From NCBI GenBank assembly GCA_951406725.2, contig OX597820.1, positions 79,050,001 to 79,114,000 of the forward strand: a stretch of 64,000 bases of DNA, given 5' to 3'. The stretch is from Octopus vulgaris. Taxonomy: Eukaryota. How positions within the stretch are numbered: position 1 is the first letter of the stretch; every line of letters begins with the position of its first letter. Made by a program: the position numbers and the translations under genes. Positions 1 to 13,150 of this stretch are shown in pieces. The notes under the pieces are model-generated. The model made no database searches. It was given only the letters and a program-made list of their open reading frames with translations, and was not told the DNA's origin.

Positions 1-1437
1 AATAAAAGCATACAATTTTCAAACATTGCTGCTGCTAAAAAAATTAAGATAAAAACTTATCTTATATATTTGCTATTACCAATGTAGAAAATGTAACTGT
101 TCTCACTATTACAATCTATTTTAACATTTTCTTCCACTTTGGAATATGTTAAGTGAATCGTCAGAATTTCTTAACAAATACCAGTTAGTTTAGATATTGG
201 ATTTTAGTAAAATCTCTTTGAAAGTGGTAATTGCTGATTTTCATTGTCTATTCTCAATTCTTATAAATATGAAGAAAAAAAAACTACTAATAACTAAATC
301 TCAAATTAGAAAAGAAATATAATGAAACTTTTTATTTTCACAAATAGAAAATATTATTTTCTAAACCAAAGATAAAATTCTTTTGAACACTTAATTGAAT
401 GGCACTCCAAAGTAATCTTAGGTTTGAAAACTGAGCAAATGTTATGAACAATAATAAACTTATAGACAACAACAGCAGTAGACATTTCAACTTCAAAGCT
501 ACCTTCAATTTTAATTTACACAATATTTTTCAACCCTCACATTATGTAAGTGAAACTTCTAACATGAAAACTAACAGGAGAATAAAGTAAACCCTTTTAA
601 CCCTATAGAACAGTTTAAGTCATCATCATTTAACATCCCTTTTTCCATGTTGGAATAGGTTGAATGTTTCAACAAGAACCAATGAGTCAAAGGGCTGTGC
701 CAGGCTCCAATATCTGCTTTGGCATGTTGTTACAGCTGGATGCCCTTCCCTAAAACAAACCACTTCACAGAGTGTACTGAGGGCAGTTTTCGTGGCACCA
801 GCAATGGTGAGGTCACCAAATAATCACAAGACCTCTCAACTGAGTGGAGTATAGTATTGAGGGAGGTGAAAATATGACAGAGGGACAAGACTGGGTGTCA
901 TGTTGAAGAAGCAGAAACATGGCTTCCCCATCGAGACAGAGGGAGATGTGAGATCAATCCTGAATTGAAAACAAAAAAATCTTTCTACATCAACAAAAGG
1001 AGTTAAAAACCAAAGAACCGTCTCCTAAGTCAGGGACTGGGAGCAATTTTAGTACCAGGAGTAAACTGCAAGGAGGGGAGAAGTCTGTGCTGAGAAAAAT
1101 ATGGAATCTTTGATTTACTGGCACATAAAAAGCACCATTCAAGTATGGCCAATGCCAGTGCCACCTGACTAGCATGTAAAAAGCACCCACTACACTCTTG
1201 GAGTTGTTGGCATTAGGAAAGGCATTCACCTGTAGAAACCTTGCCAAATCAGAGTGGAGTCTGGTGCAGCCTCATGGCTTGTCAGTTTACAATCAAACTG
1301 TCCAACCCATGCCAGCATGGAAAGCAGATATTAAACAACGATGATGATGATGATGAGACATGCAACTTAAATTACTGATCAGTTTTTAAGACTAAAATAT
1401 AATTTTTTTTTTTTAGGTTTTAGAGATTTTGTTAGAA

Positions 1438-1694
1438 CATTGGTTCTCAGTTGGAGTCCAAATGGTCCTTCAGGGTTCATATGAGATTTTCATGTTTAAA
1501 TTTATCTGCAATAAATTGGTTAAACTTCTGCATTACAGAAAATACTTTTAATCTTTTTATACAATTCGTAATAATATTTAATTATAAAGATATTAAAGGA
1601 TTTCTTTTTAAACATCGAATGACTATGGGGTTCCAGGAGAATAAAATAAGAATCAAAAGGGGTCCATAGCGAGAAAAAGGGTTGAGAAACACTG
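1438..1694. mobile_element. hAT/Charlie-like MITE
   Basis: Ends GGTTGAGAAACACTG. Shares tatctgcaat.aattggtta..tt.c..ca.tacagaaaata with the 29.4 kb copy. Confidence 0.6.
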
Positions 1695-2209
1695 TAGTGA
1701 TTAGTTGTAGGGTTAAACAATCATTGAAGCGTTCCCCATCCTTGCTCTCAGTAGTTACCTGACTTGCTGAAAATAACAGTCAATATTCCTTAAATCAGAT
1801 CCTACCATTATAAGAAAAAAATAAGGATGCTTTGACGAATACCATCTCAGATTCACTATGTCTGGAAATAAGATGGTCCTGGATGGACTGTCTGATCGTA
1901 AGCTAGAGCTATAAGGGCTGACATGGGGTTAAATACAAATAGAGTTAGAAATCCCCATAAACAGATCTATACCCTTCCCCATTTGTAATAAAAGTTCTGC
2001 CAAGTAATTCCAATGAGATTCTGCAACATACCACACATCGGTAGGAGTTCATGATTTATATTTAGAAAAGGAAAAAAAGTTTCATTTCACACTTAGAACC
2101 AAATGTCAGCCTTTCCTCAAATTACAATTAAAATAAGACAAAATAAATTTTAGTTTTGAGATATTCACATCTATTTCTGCTTAGAAATGCATTATTTTTA
2201 AATTTATTC

Positions 2210-2583
2210 TTTTACTCTTTTACTTGTTTCAATCATTTGACTGTGGCCATGCTGGAGCACCGACTTTAGTCGAGCAAATCAACCCCAGGACTTATTCTTT
2301 GTAAGCCTAGTACTTATTCTATCGGGTTCTTTTGCCAAACCGCTAAGTTACGGGGACATAAACACACTACCATCAGTTGTCAAGCAATGTTGGGGGGATA
2401 AACACAGACACACACATATACATACGAGGGGCTTCTTTCAGTTTCCGTTTACCAAATCCACTCACAAGGCTTTGGTCGGCCCAAGGCTATAGTAGAAGAC
2501 ACTTGCTCAAGGTACCACTCAGTGGGAATGAACCCGGAACCATGTGGTTGGTAAGTAAGCTACTTACCACATAGCCACTCCTG
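2210..2583 (-). mobile_element. CORE-type tRNA SINE (family A)
   Basis: Minus strand head GGAGTGGCTATGTGGTAAG..GGGTTCATTCCC, CCTTGAGCAAGTGTCTTC core, and tail ending GACTGAAACAAGTAAAAGAG-like. Confidence 0.85.
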
Positions 2584-3135
2584 TTTCTGCTTTTTTTGGT
2601 TGTTGTTCTTTTTTTGTTTTTGTTTTCTTTAGTGCAGTCATGCTGGGGTCCCTCCTTGAAAGGTTTAATTGAACTAATTGGCCCCAGGACTTGCATTTTA
2701 AGTCTCGTACTTATTCTCACTTGCCTTTTGCTGACCCACTAAGTTATGGGGATGTAAACAAACCAACAAAGGTGGGCAAGCAGAAGTGGGCGGACAAACA
2801 CAGGTATACAATGCACTTCAACATAGTTTCCATCTACCAAATTCACTTACAAGGCATCAGTCAGTCTGAAGTTTTAAAAGATACTTGCCCATGGTGCCAG
2901 GCAGTGGGATTGAAACCAACAGCACAGCACTTTGGGTAAGTGTCATATGGCATTTGTATACATTTTTACCAAAATAACTAATTTTTAAAAGTACTAAGGC
3001 TGCTCTTCTTACAGACTAAGGACTAAGTAGATTCATTTAAATGCCTCAGATAAAAATATTTTAATAGTTGTTCTTCAGGAGCGTGAACACAGAGTTTTAA
3101 GCTAAATGGAAGGAAAGGAACAGCAGAATGTTAGA

Positions 3136-3356
3136 ATTCTTTTCTACTCTAGGTACAAGGCTCAGAATTTTTGGGGAGATGGGGGTCAGTCGATTAAATC
3201 AACCCCAGTACACTACTCGTACCCAATTTATCGACCCCGAAAGAATGAAAGGCAAAGTCGACCTCAGTGGAATTTGAACTCAGAATGTAAAAGCAGATGA
3301 AATACCGCTAGGTATTTTGCCCGGCCTGCTAAGATTTCTAGCAGCTCACTGCCTTG
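3136..3356 (-). mobile_element. Nin/Deu-domain-like tRNA SINE (family B)
   Basis: Minus strand GAGTTCAAATTCC..GGTCGACTTTGCCTTTCATTCTTTCGGGGTCGATAAATT. Confidence 0.8.
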
Positions 3357-4879
3357 CAGAATGTTAAAATTATAAACCAATTTACAGTATTGAATATGGT
3401 AATGTTACAATAAGAAATTAATTATTCATACCAATGTTATGGATATGTGGAAATACTTGAGAGCATACATCCTGTATACTAAATACATAGGTAGTAAGGC
3501 ATCACATGTGTAGTATAGCAACTGAACTCAAACATTGTTATTCATGTAATTAGTAAACAAAAACTTCCTTTTAAAAATATAAAAACAATAACCAAGGGAA
3601 ATAACCACAATATCAGACAACTGAAAGCCATGAACAAAGTTATTTACTCTGTCTGTCTGTCAGTCTCTCTCTCTCTGTGTTTGTGTGTGTGTGCTGTATA
3701 GATGTGGACAATACTAGGTGGTTCACATGGTTAGCTCACTTCCAAAGTATCAGATTAAGGGCTCAGTCCCACTGTGTGGAAGTAGTTGGCTGGTGCCCTC
3801 TACTGCAACCACATGTTGTCCAATACCTTGGAAGTGAAACCGATAAAGAAAACGACTAAGATGCCTGTTGTGTGCATGCGTGTGCTCTCATGTTGACATG
3901 TGAATGCTCATTATAAACAAAAGCCTCTCTATTCATACAAATGGATTTGCTTGTTTGCAGTCCTCCACGAAAGCATGTTTGGACTGTTCATTGATAAGAA
4001 AGGGAAAATACAGCCACGCTAAGAAGCCGTAATGATTTGGCATCAGAAAAAATATCCAACCATAGAAAATTCTGCCTCTACATAGTCTTATCTGACTCAG
4101 GAAAACATGGAAAAGTAGATGCTAAGAAGAGGATAATGATAACAGATTGAATGTACTGATGTACTGATTATATCGGTCTTGCCACCTAGTATGAGAGGTT
4201 TTGGCATCCCTAACTGATACTGGCTTATTTGACATGACATTTTAATGTCTCTGTCTCTCTCTGTGAGCATCTATTTATGTTGGTATCTATGCAAAATATC
4301 TTCCTCTCTATCAGACTATCTGTATTGTGTATACTTCTGCATGCCTGCGCATGTATTTGCCTCCAGTTCAGTGCCAAACCATGCTGTCATCAAAATAGGT
4401 TGAATTTCCAGTCAGTCACGACAAATCATCAGCATCCCAGGGGTCACATTCATCTTATTTTACTTACTGATCTCTATGTGCTTTCATGAGGAAATCCTAA
4501 ACTGAAACATGGAAACATGTCAGTTGCTTTCACATTTTGTCTTCAAAGAGAAGATTTACTCTTATCAGTGTCAACATTATTTTCCAAAAATTCTAGTTGG
4601 CTGTTATTGAAGTTATCTCTTAGCTGTAATTTTTAGATTTAAACACCAAGAAGTTGTATAAGTGTACAAAAAGTAAAGACAACCTAAGTTAATTGAAAGT
4701 TTTCAACACCCTGTTAATAATGGATATAGTCACTTGCTATTGTTACAAACTGGCTTTGTCATTCAATCAAGCTGATTAAAGAGTCTATAAGTGATTGCTA
4801 GAAACAGTAGCCCAATCACCCACAAATCACTTTAGCATCTTATAGCAAAACAGAATTCATTAGACGATTTAGTCCTACA

Positions 4880-5234
4880 GATCGTTGCCAGCGTCGCCTT
4901 ACTGGCACATGTGCTGGTGGCATGTGAAAAACAACATTTGAGCGTGGTTGTTGCCAGTGCCGCCAGACTAGCTCCCATGCCCATGGCATGTAAAAACACC
5001 TTTTGAGCATGGTCATTGCCAGTACCACCTGACTGGCCCTTGTGCCAGTGACACGTAAAAGCACCCACTACACTCTTGGAGTGATTGGCATTAGGAAGGG
5101 CATCCTGCTGTAGAAACCTTGCCAGATCAGACTGGAGCTTGGTGCAGCCTTCTGGCTTGCCAGTTTTCAGTCAAACCATCCAACCCATACCAGCATGGAA
5201 GGCAGGTGTTAAACGACGATGATGATGATGATGA
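4880..5234 (+). repeat. (GAT)n-tailed retroposon 3' segment (family C). Further copies at about 620-850(-), 1120-1356(+), 10445-10880(-), 13424-13680(-), 27437-27632(-), 28793-29090(-), 32047-32310(-), 33848-34080(-), 34195-34416(+), 55790-55965(+), 61700-61955(-)
   Basis: Shared GTAAAAGCACCCACTACACTC..TTAGGAAGGGCATCC..CCAACCCATGCCAGCATGGAAA..GTTAAACGATGATGAT. Confidence 0.85.
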
Positions 5235-5336
5235 TATCCCCCCAAGAGGATGGGATGTTCATGGCTGGAAACACTTTAATCAAAGATCTGCTTGATCAGC
5301 ACTGTAGAGGAGCGAAACATCTTGTCATTCATTTAA

Positions 5337-5560
5337 CCCTTTAACATTCAGATAATTTTGTCAATTGTAGTGCTTATTTATTTACATTTTTGCTTTTAAT
5401 TAATTAACCAAGGATTATCTCATACCTTTCAGATTTCGATGATGTGATTGTTTATTTTAAGGACAACATTGTAAAGTAAGTGTGAGGGACTGGATCTGGT
5501 CAGTTTGAACATGAAACAGAATACTTCAGCCAGATATGGACCACTTTAAATGCTAAAGAG
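5337..5560. mobile_element. piggyBac-like MITE
   Basis: TTAA|CCCTTTAACATT ... AATGCTAAAGAG|TTAA. An inverted related copy lies at about 11382-11590. Confidence 0.6.
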
Positions 5561-7952
5561 TTAAAATATTTGTAGTAGAAAATGAAGGAGTGTGCAGAGA
5601 TGGCAACCAATAATAAATTATGCATTAGTTTTCCAGTGTTTTATCTGAACCAACAGAAAAAGGATTTGTCCAGTTCTACAGGATACAATAAATGAAGAGT
5701 AGTTAAACAGCATGTGGTCTGAAATTACAAGTTTGATATAGAACAGGAATTCAAGCATAGAATACAACAGGTTTTAATTTACAACATCAACGCAAAGTTT
5801 ACATCAATGCTTATGGGACGTGCATACATCTGCTTGTGTTTCACTAAGTCGATTGAGTAAATTGTGCTACATAAAAAAAAGAAAGTATTTTTATCATAAT
5901 TGTCCTAATGGAAGGAAGTCGGACAATTTTGTGCTTCATTCAACTGAAACATATCAAGGTGAGAGATGGTGTCAGAGAACATAAAATTATGTCAACGTCC
6001 TTGAGTTAACACTTCATTTAAATTCTACAGGTACACGGGGTTTGACAGCAGATTATGGTACATGTTAGGAATGTGTGAAAGAAAAAAATGTTAACATGGG
6101 GCATTTTTGAACTGACAGACATAGAAAATGACAAATGAGCTCTCATTCAGTTTATGATTAAAAACAGCCAAAAAGAAGCAGATTCTGTTTATGTTGCTGT
6201 CTTCTCAAAGCCTACAGAAAACAAAATCTCAAAATATCAGTCATTCAAACTTGTCTAATGTCCAGTAAAAGAGAAAAGGAAAGCTTTTTCGAGTTTTGCC
6301 TTATATGGTCAAAATAGTCAGCAGATCACTGGCCTCGGTCAACTCAAGGTTATTGTTAAAGATACTTTCTCATAGTACCTTGCAGTAGAATCAAACCCAA
6401 AGCAGCATGCTTACAAAGAAGTCTTAAAACCATAAAGCCATGCCAATATTTGTTTACTTTACCCCCAAGAGACAAGAGAAAAACAATTAATAAACATAAA
6501 ATTATCAAATTTCTTAATTAGGCATAAAGTTTTTTGGTTTTTTTCGCAAGCCCTCGGATTCATAAGGTTGATTACCTGGTTCCCATGGTGTATAAGTGAC
6601 CAAAATCACAACACTCCCCCCCAAATGGAATGCTGGTCAAAGGGTCCATCATCATCCTTTAACATCTGTTTTCCATGCTGGCATGGGTTTAGCAATTCTG
6701 AAGGGAGGGGGCAAATCAATAACATCAACCCCAGTAAATGACTGGTACTTTTTCAACCCAGAAGGGACAAAAGCAAAGCTGACTTCCATGAGACTTGAGC
6801 TAAGAATATAAAAAATGGAAAGAAATACTGCTAAGCATCTTGTCTTATGTGCTAACGATTCCACCAGCTCATCACCTTGGCAAAGCTATATGAATACAGA
6901 TTGAAAATGTGTCACAAGAAACAGTCATATATCTATTGTATGATACAAATTCACACTCCACACAACCGCTTACCTTCTTAGTTATTATAGCGTTCAAATA
7001 GCAATTATTAATAATCAGCCATTGACAACCTAATTATACTCAATTATTAAGTTATTAGCATGTTGCTAATCAATTTCATTATCAACTTTATTTTTCAAAA
7101 TCTCTCTACTCAGTACCAATATCTTTACACTGTTCCCAAAGCTATATCAAAGTAGCTGTTACATTCTTTTGAGTAACGTCAGGATACAAAGGTATCTATT
7201 TACACCAAGATACCAATACCAACTACATATTTATATCAATAAATTATACGATTACAATGTACAATGAATCACCAATAGTAATTATGATACTATAATAATC
7301 AAGAAGAAATAACCACCTTTGCAACAGCCGTTAAAAACCTATCGTTAGTAGCAATCAGTAACCCCAATTTACATTTTTTTGTTTTTTGTATTTTTTGTTT
7401 ACAGTAGAACAATCAATCTTGGAAGTACAAATAGAAAACATGTTTCATTTAGTATGAAGCAATGGAATGTCAGTGAGCCAGTGCATATGGGATCTGACTA
7501 AAAATGGTACAAAACCAATACTTGGCCTAAATCTCATAACTGTCAACATGAGTCAAACAAGAAACATTATTTTTGAGATTACATACCAGTAGTGCTCGGC
7601 TGTACCTCAACAACCCATTTCACCAACTGGCGTTTTGTAAAAGGCACTGTCTCCTCCTGCTTTGCAACAAAGAAAAAAAAACCAGTAAATTTTGCAGTGG
7701 CATATCTTCTTTCTTTTACTGCTCGATTTCCCTTAAATCACATTCTACTATACTAAAAAGGATGACGTCTAAGACTTCAGTGGATAACATAGCACTATGT
7801 ACACTAAAAGAAGATAGGCTGGTAATGACTGGTACATTTTGGAACTTCAATTTGCTCAATCAGGACAGAACTAGGGCTATACAACACTCAGACATTAAAA
7901 AATTGAACTTTTTGACACATACTAACACACGCACACATTTCAAATACACATG

Positions 7953-8300
7953 CCTGGCTGTGTGGTTAAGAAGTTTGCTTCCCAACCACATGGCTTTGGG
8001 TTCAGTCCCATGTGTGGCATCTTGGGCCAGTGACTTTGTTATAGTCCCAGGGTGACCAAAACCTTCCAAGTGGATTTCATAAACTGAAAGAAGCCCATAC
8101 ACATGAGTATGCATGTTGACTGCTTGACAACCACCAAGTTTACATCCTCATAACTTAGCAGTCAGTAGTGTAGAGACTGATAGAATAAGTATCAAGCTTT
8201 AAAGAAAAAGTAATGGAGATTGATTTGTTTGACTAAAACCCCTTCAAGGTGGTGCCCCAGCATGGCTACAGTCCAATGACTGAAACAGGTAAAGACATAA
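7953..8300 (+). mobile_element. Family A SINE
   Basis: TGGCTGTGTGGTTAAGAAG..GGGTTCAGTCCC..CCAGCATGGCTACAGTCCAATGACTGAAAC. Confidence 0.8.
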
Positions 8301-8747
8301 ATCAAACTCAGTTTTGATATATTAGCAACCAAGAGATCAGAGATTGATTAACTGTTCAGAGGTTTGATGGCTTACATAAGCACTGAGATTGACATGACTA
8401 TGTCAATTAAATTGGGACTAAGCCTGGCTGAAAAAAATTTTAAAGTCACAATCATTCTGCCCCTGCCTCCACCCCCTCCTGCTACAATCCAAGTCTATTT
8501 ACAACTGAACTAATCAAAGTAAATCAACAAACAACAGTATTAATAGCAAGTTTATTTTAAAGCTTAATGCAACCCAACATCATTTGAAGCCAAACAATAA
8601 CAATAGGAATTAAAGATAGATTCCGATAAAGACCAACAAAGCAGTCTTGGGTTCAATCCCACTCTGTGGCACCTAGGACAAGTGCTTCTGGTTTAGTCCT
8701 GTGCTGACTAAAACTTTGTGAGTGGATATGGGTTGATTTGTTTGACT

Positions 8748-9183
8748 TATTAGAAAATTACTATTTGTAAATCTCACAATGAGAGATATTCAGCAACAGT
8801 ATTTTGGAGTAAAACTTATTTGCCAACATAACATGGCAGTCCTTGTTTAGGAATCTCTCTTGTAAGATTTGCAAATAGTAATTTTCTAATTTATAGATCA
8901 GTGACTAGTTGTCACTATGAAAACTATATATTTTGAATGGGAATTTGGCAGCACCACCTCTAGCCGAACAATTATTCTGTGTTGATGAAGGGAAATAACC
9001 CGAAAATCGTGATACACAGATAACGATTTGAGCTGAACTGGGGTGCTAGATTCCCTTGTTCGAAAATATAAGGACACAGATCATGTCGTATAGCCAGCTG
9101 GAGATGATATCTCCTGGGGCTAAATTACAGCAACATTCATCCTAAACCAGGAGTGCCATGTTATGTTGGTAAATAATCTTTAC
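8748..9183 (+). mobile_element. Short Penelope/retrozyme-like insertion with a degenerate hammerhead (8976-9020), inserted in a SINE
   Basis: 10-bp direct repeat TTGTTTGACT at 8738-47 and 9184-93. Inverted arms at about 8750-8790/8853-8890 and 8808-8842/9150-9185. Core reads TCTGTG-TTGATGA-A-GGG aaataa CCC-GAAA-ATCGTGAT-A-CACAGA. Confidence 0.6.
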
Positions 9184-11381
9184 TTGTTTGACTAAAACTC
9201 TTCAATGTGGTGCCCCAGCATGACCACCACAGTCCAACAACTGACACAACCATGATTAAAAAAATCCTTTTTATGTACATTAATGTACACTAATGACATT
9301 TTAAAATTAATATTCATATTTTTCTCAATTTGTTTTGTTGTTTATTTATATTTTTGCTTTTTAGGGAAGTGTATGGTTTTATATTTTCAATGTTTTTGAA
9401 AATACTGTTATTATGCAGGGAAAGAGAGTAGATAAAATATATGTTTAACAATCTACCTTCACTTTAATTTATTGAAGGTTAAAAAATAAAACTAACGACT
9501 GAAAAACTGAAATGAATGATATAGATAATATTGATTTTAACGTAACAAATATGAAGAGGGAAGTACATTTATTTTAATGCCGATACAAAATGTAAATCAA
9601 ACGCAGATTTTACATGCAACTGCAGTATATCGATCTAGTGCATACTGAATTTAAATATCCTTAAAGATGAAATGTTCTTTAATGTGAATAGCTAATACAA
9701 ATGAGATGTGTGAATTTTTAGTTCAATAACATTGAAAAATTACCAACATCACAAGAGGATAATATCTAATGTGAGACAGTAACAAAATGCATTAGAGACA
9801 AGGTATTAGTTAATTAAAAAGAAAAAAATTGGATTGGTGAAGAGGGGGAATTAAACAGTCACAAAATGGTGGTGGTTGATAATGTTGGATCAAACATCTT
9901 TGGGAAGTTGAACAGATGAGAAAAATTTTACACTGGAAGAGAAATTAATTTGTAATGAAAGAGAAAAGATCAACAATGTTGAAAATAGATTATGTAAAAA
10001 TTTCCAAGACAAAAGAGTGTTTGATTAAAACAAAAAACAGGTTTTGTTATTGGATCAAATCTAGATAATTTTTCTAATTACGGGATGATGTAACAATTAA
10101 GTAAATGACCCTTAATTGCTTCATAATATTAATGATATCACTGTTATTTTCACATAAAAGTTATGAAATAACTAATAACAGAAAGATTTTATGGAAGCTT
10201 TATTGTAATTAAACAGTAATATTTTATTAGTTTTATTGCAATTAAAAGTTTATATGACATCGTTAGAATTCTAAGAGCTATATAACATATTGATGGTAGA
10301 CTAATGAATAAATAGTTCATCATACTAAATATCTAATTCCAGATACTAACCAAAAAAAAGACAAGATTAGTTGGAGTAAAACATTGTAAGAATTAGAATT
10401 ACAGAGATTTATTTATTCCTCTAAGATTTGAATCAACATAAAGTGATCATCATCATCATCATTGTTTAACGTCCACTTTCCATGCTGGCATGAGTTGGAC
10501 AGTTTGATTGAGGTCTAGAGAGCCAGAAGGCTGCACCAGGCTCCAATCCAATCTGGCAAGGTTTCTACAGCTGGATGCCCTTCCTAATGCCAACCACTCT
10601 GAGAGTGTAGTGGATGCTCTTTATGTGCCACTGTTACAGGAGCCAGTCAGGCAGGCCTGGCATCGATCACATTCGGATAGTGCTTTTTACATACCATGGG
10701 CACAGGGGCTAGTCAGGGGTACTGGCATCGGCTACGTTCAGATGGTGTTTTTTATATGCCACTGGCACACGTGCCAGTCAGGCGGACCTGGCATCAACCA
10801 CGTCTGGATGGTGCTTTTTATGTGCCACCGGCACAGGAGTCTGTTAGGGGGCACTGGTCACAGGGCCAGACATGTGTAGCTACAATCTCACTTTACTTGC
10901 CAAGCCTTTTAATTTCACAGCCTATCTACAAAAGTCTGAGTCCCCTGTCACATAGCAATATAATCAGCATATCATCTCAACTCATTTTTTCCCCCTATTT
11001 ACCACAATTTTCTAGCATAATTAGAAATCCCAACACAATCATGCAAAAGCATAATAGTAATGAGTTGCGAAATTTGTATCAGTCTGACTGTCAATTTGTA
11101 TAATTGAATAAAGAGTACAAATACAAATGTCATTGACAGCAAATTAAGACAATCAACCACTAATATCACTAAGCAGAACAAAACAAATAAATACAAAGGT
11201 TTATTAAATCAAGGTTAAACATGAAGTTAATTGGTATGTATGAAAGTAAAATAAATTGTAATTAATTACTATGTAACTAATTTGTATACAATTCATGTGT
11301 TTTATTATAAAAAGTAGAATAAATGACTTTATTTGAGAAGTATTAGTGGCAATCATGTCACTGCTATTATAAATACTTGAA

Positions 11382-11590
11382 CCCATTAGCATTTATACTG
11401 GCTGTACATGGCCCAAATATTCTGTTTTATGTGCAGAATGGCCAGATATGGCCTCTCACACATACTCTACAAAAATAAACAATCACATCATAGAAATCTC
11501 AAAGCTACAGGATGACACGTGATTATTTAAAAAACATGAATAGATAAGGATTACATTTGACAGAGTAATCTGAATGCTAAAGGGATTAAT
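11382..11590. mobile_element. piggyBac-like MITE, same family as 5337-5560, opposite orientation
   Basis: CCCATTAGCATT ... GTAATCTGAATGCTAAAGGG. The interior is the reverse complement of the 5.4 kb copy. Confidence 0.55.
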
Positions 11591-11689
11591 GTCATTGGAA
11601 ATCAATCTATCATTATTGAAGACAAAATTCCATCCAATCCATGCAAACATGGAAAGTGGAGGTTAAAATGATGGTGATGATATTAAAGT

Positions 11690-11910
11690 GTATGGGAGGC
11701 TTTGCTGATATCCATGACATTTTTGCCAAAGTTTTCAAGCATGAAAGACCACTGAAGCATGATGTACTGCAACAAATCTTCAATATATCTGGTTCTACAG
11801 AGACTATGCCAGTGGCTAGAATCATAACAGGCTGAAGATGATGAAAGGTGTTGTTTATAGCTATTTCCAATGCTTTTGAGATGGTGAAGGTGAATGGAAT
11901 ACAAGGTATG
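11690..11910 (-). pseudogene. Old CR1/L2-like reverse-transcriptase fragment
   Basis: Degenerate resemblance to the RPISLT..CK..E.I..H..QHGF region. Highly decayed. Confidence 0.3.
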
Positions 11911-12315
11911 ATGTTTTCACAAAGTAAGAACAGGTGTGCTAAGAAGTTTGCTTCCCAACCACATGGTTTCAAGCATCTTCTACTATAGTGTCAGGCTGAT
12001 CAAATCCTTGTCAAGGAATGTGGTAGATAGAAACTGAAAGAAGCCCATCATGTGCATGTGTCTTTGCCATGACAGTGAGTGGATGTCACTGTCATGCCTA
12101 GTGAGGTCCTTTGCTTCTGATGTTCCATGAAAACATGGAGAAATATTACCTTCCTTGGAAACAAGTGAAGGTCAACAACAGGAAGGGCATTCGGTTGTAG
12201 AAAACCTGCCTCAATGAATACCCTACAACCTATGCAATCATGGAAACAATAATGATGACAGTCATAAGTAGAGAAAGAGTGAAAAATTTGGTAAATATAA
12301 AAATGAGCTCTAGAG

Positions 12316-13150
12316 CAGTGCTTCTCAAACATGGCATACCGACAGTTTTTTTTTTTTCCCCCCCAATGTGCCAGGGACCAGTAATATTTCATAGTAATAT
12401 ATATTTATACCGGAAACAATAGACAAGGGTGAGTGAAAAAGTAATGCCATTTTGTATAGGACAGGTATAATTACCAACACAGGAACATGTATCATACATC
12501 AAAATGAAGCTGGTTCTCTGTGGATCACATCCTTACTTCTCAATAGAGTCACCGTTTCTCTCAATAGTAATGTTCCACCTTCAGATGAGAGCATGTATCC
12601 CTGCCCCGTAAAATTCTGTTTGTTCTTTGAGCCACTTCTTCACTACCTCCACACTCACCCGATTTAGCGCCTTCAGACTATCATCTCTTCGGCCCCATGA
12701 AAGAGGGTTTGAGAGACAAACATTATTCCGGGGATGAGGAAGTGAAAACTGTAGTGAAGAAGTGGCTCAAAGAACAGTCAACAGAATTTTACGGGGCAGG
12801 AATACATGCTCTCATTCAAAGATGGAACATTGCTATTGAGAGAAATGATGACTATGTTGAAAAGTAGGGATATGATCCACAGAGGACCAGCTTCATTTTG
12901 ATGTATGATACATATTCCTGTGTTGGTAATTATACCTGTCCTAAACAAAATGGCATTACTTTTTGACTTACCCTCATATATAATGAAAATAAAAGTTGAC
13001 AAATTTTTTTATCTTCTATTTATTTTGTATACAAATAATACAATATTACATAAGAATTTTATAATGTTTCTTTCTTTTCTGGAAACTCGTCGTGTACTGG
13101 CAGCTGATGGCTTGTGGCCCAGCACTGGTCCACCACTTTGAGTAGCACTG
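12316..13150. mobile_element. hAT/Charlie-like non-autonomous element hosting the mariner fold-back
   Basis: TIRs CAGTGCTTCTCAAA / TTTGAGTAGCACTG. Flanks CTCTAGAG/CTCTAATG form a degenerate Charlie-type 8-bp target. Confidence 0.65.
12424..12978. mobile_element. Mariner-derived fold-back element built from two 3' ends
   Basis: Inverted arms of more than 200 bp starting (G)AGGGTGAGT.AAAAAGTAATGCC. The plus frame from about 12655 to 12868 reads SPDLAPSDYHLFGPMKEGLRDKHY...RWNIAIERNDDYVEK*, the mariner transposase C-terminus. Confidence 0.9.

Noticed and set aside
9240-10440. Possible ancient transposase or exon in an AT-rich stretch
   Set aside because: No recognisable motif or consistent frame.
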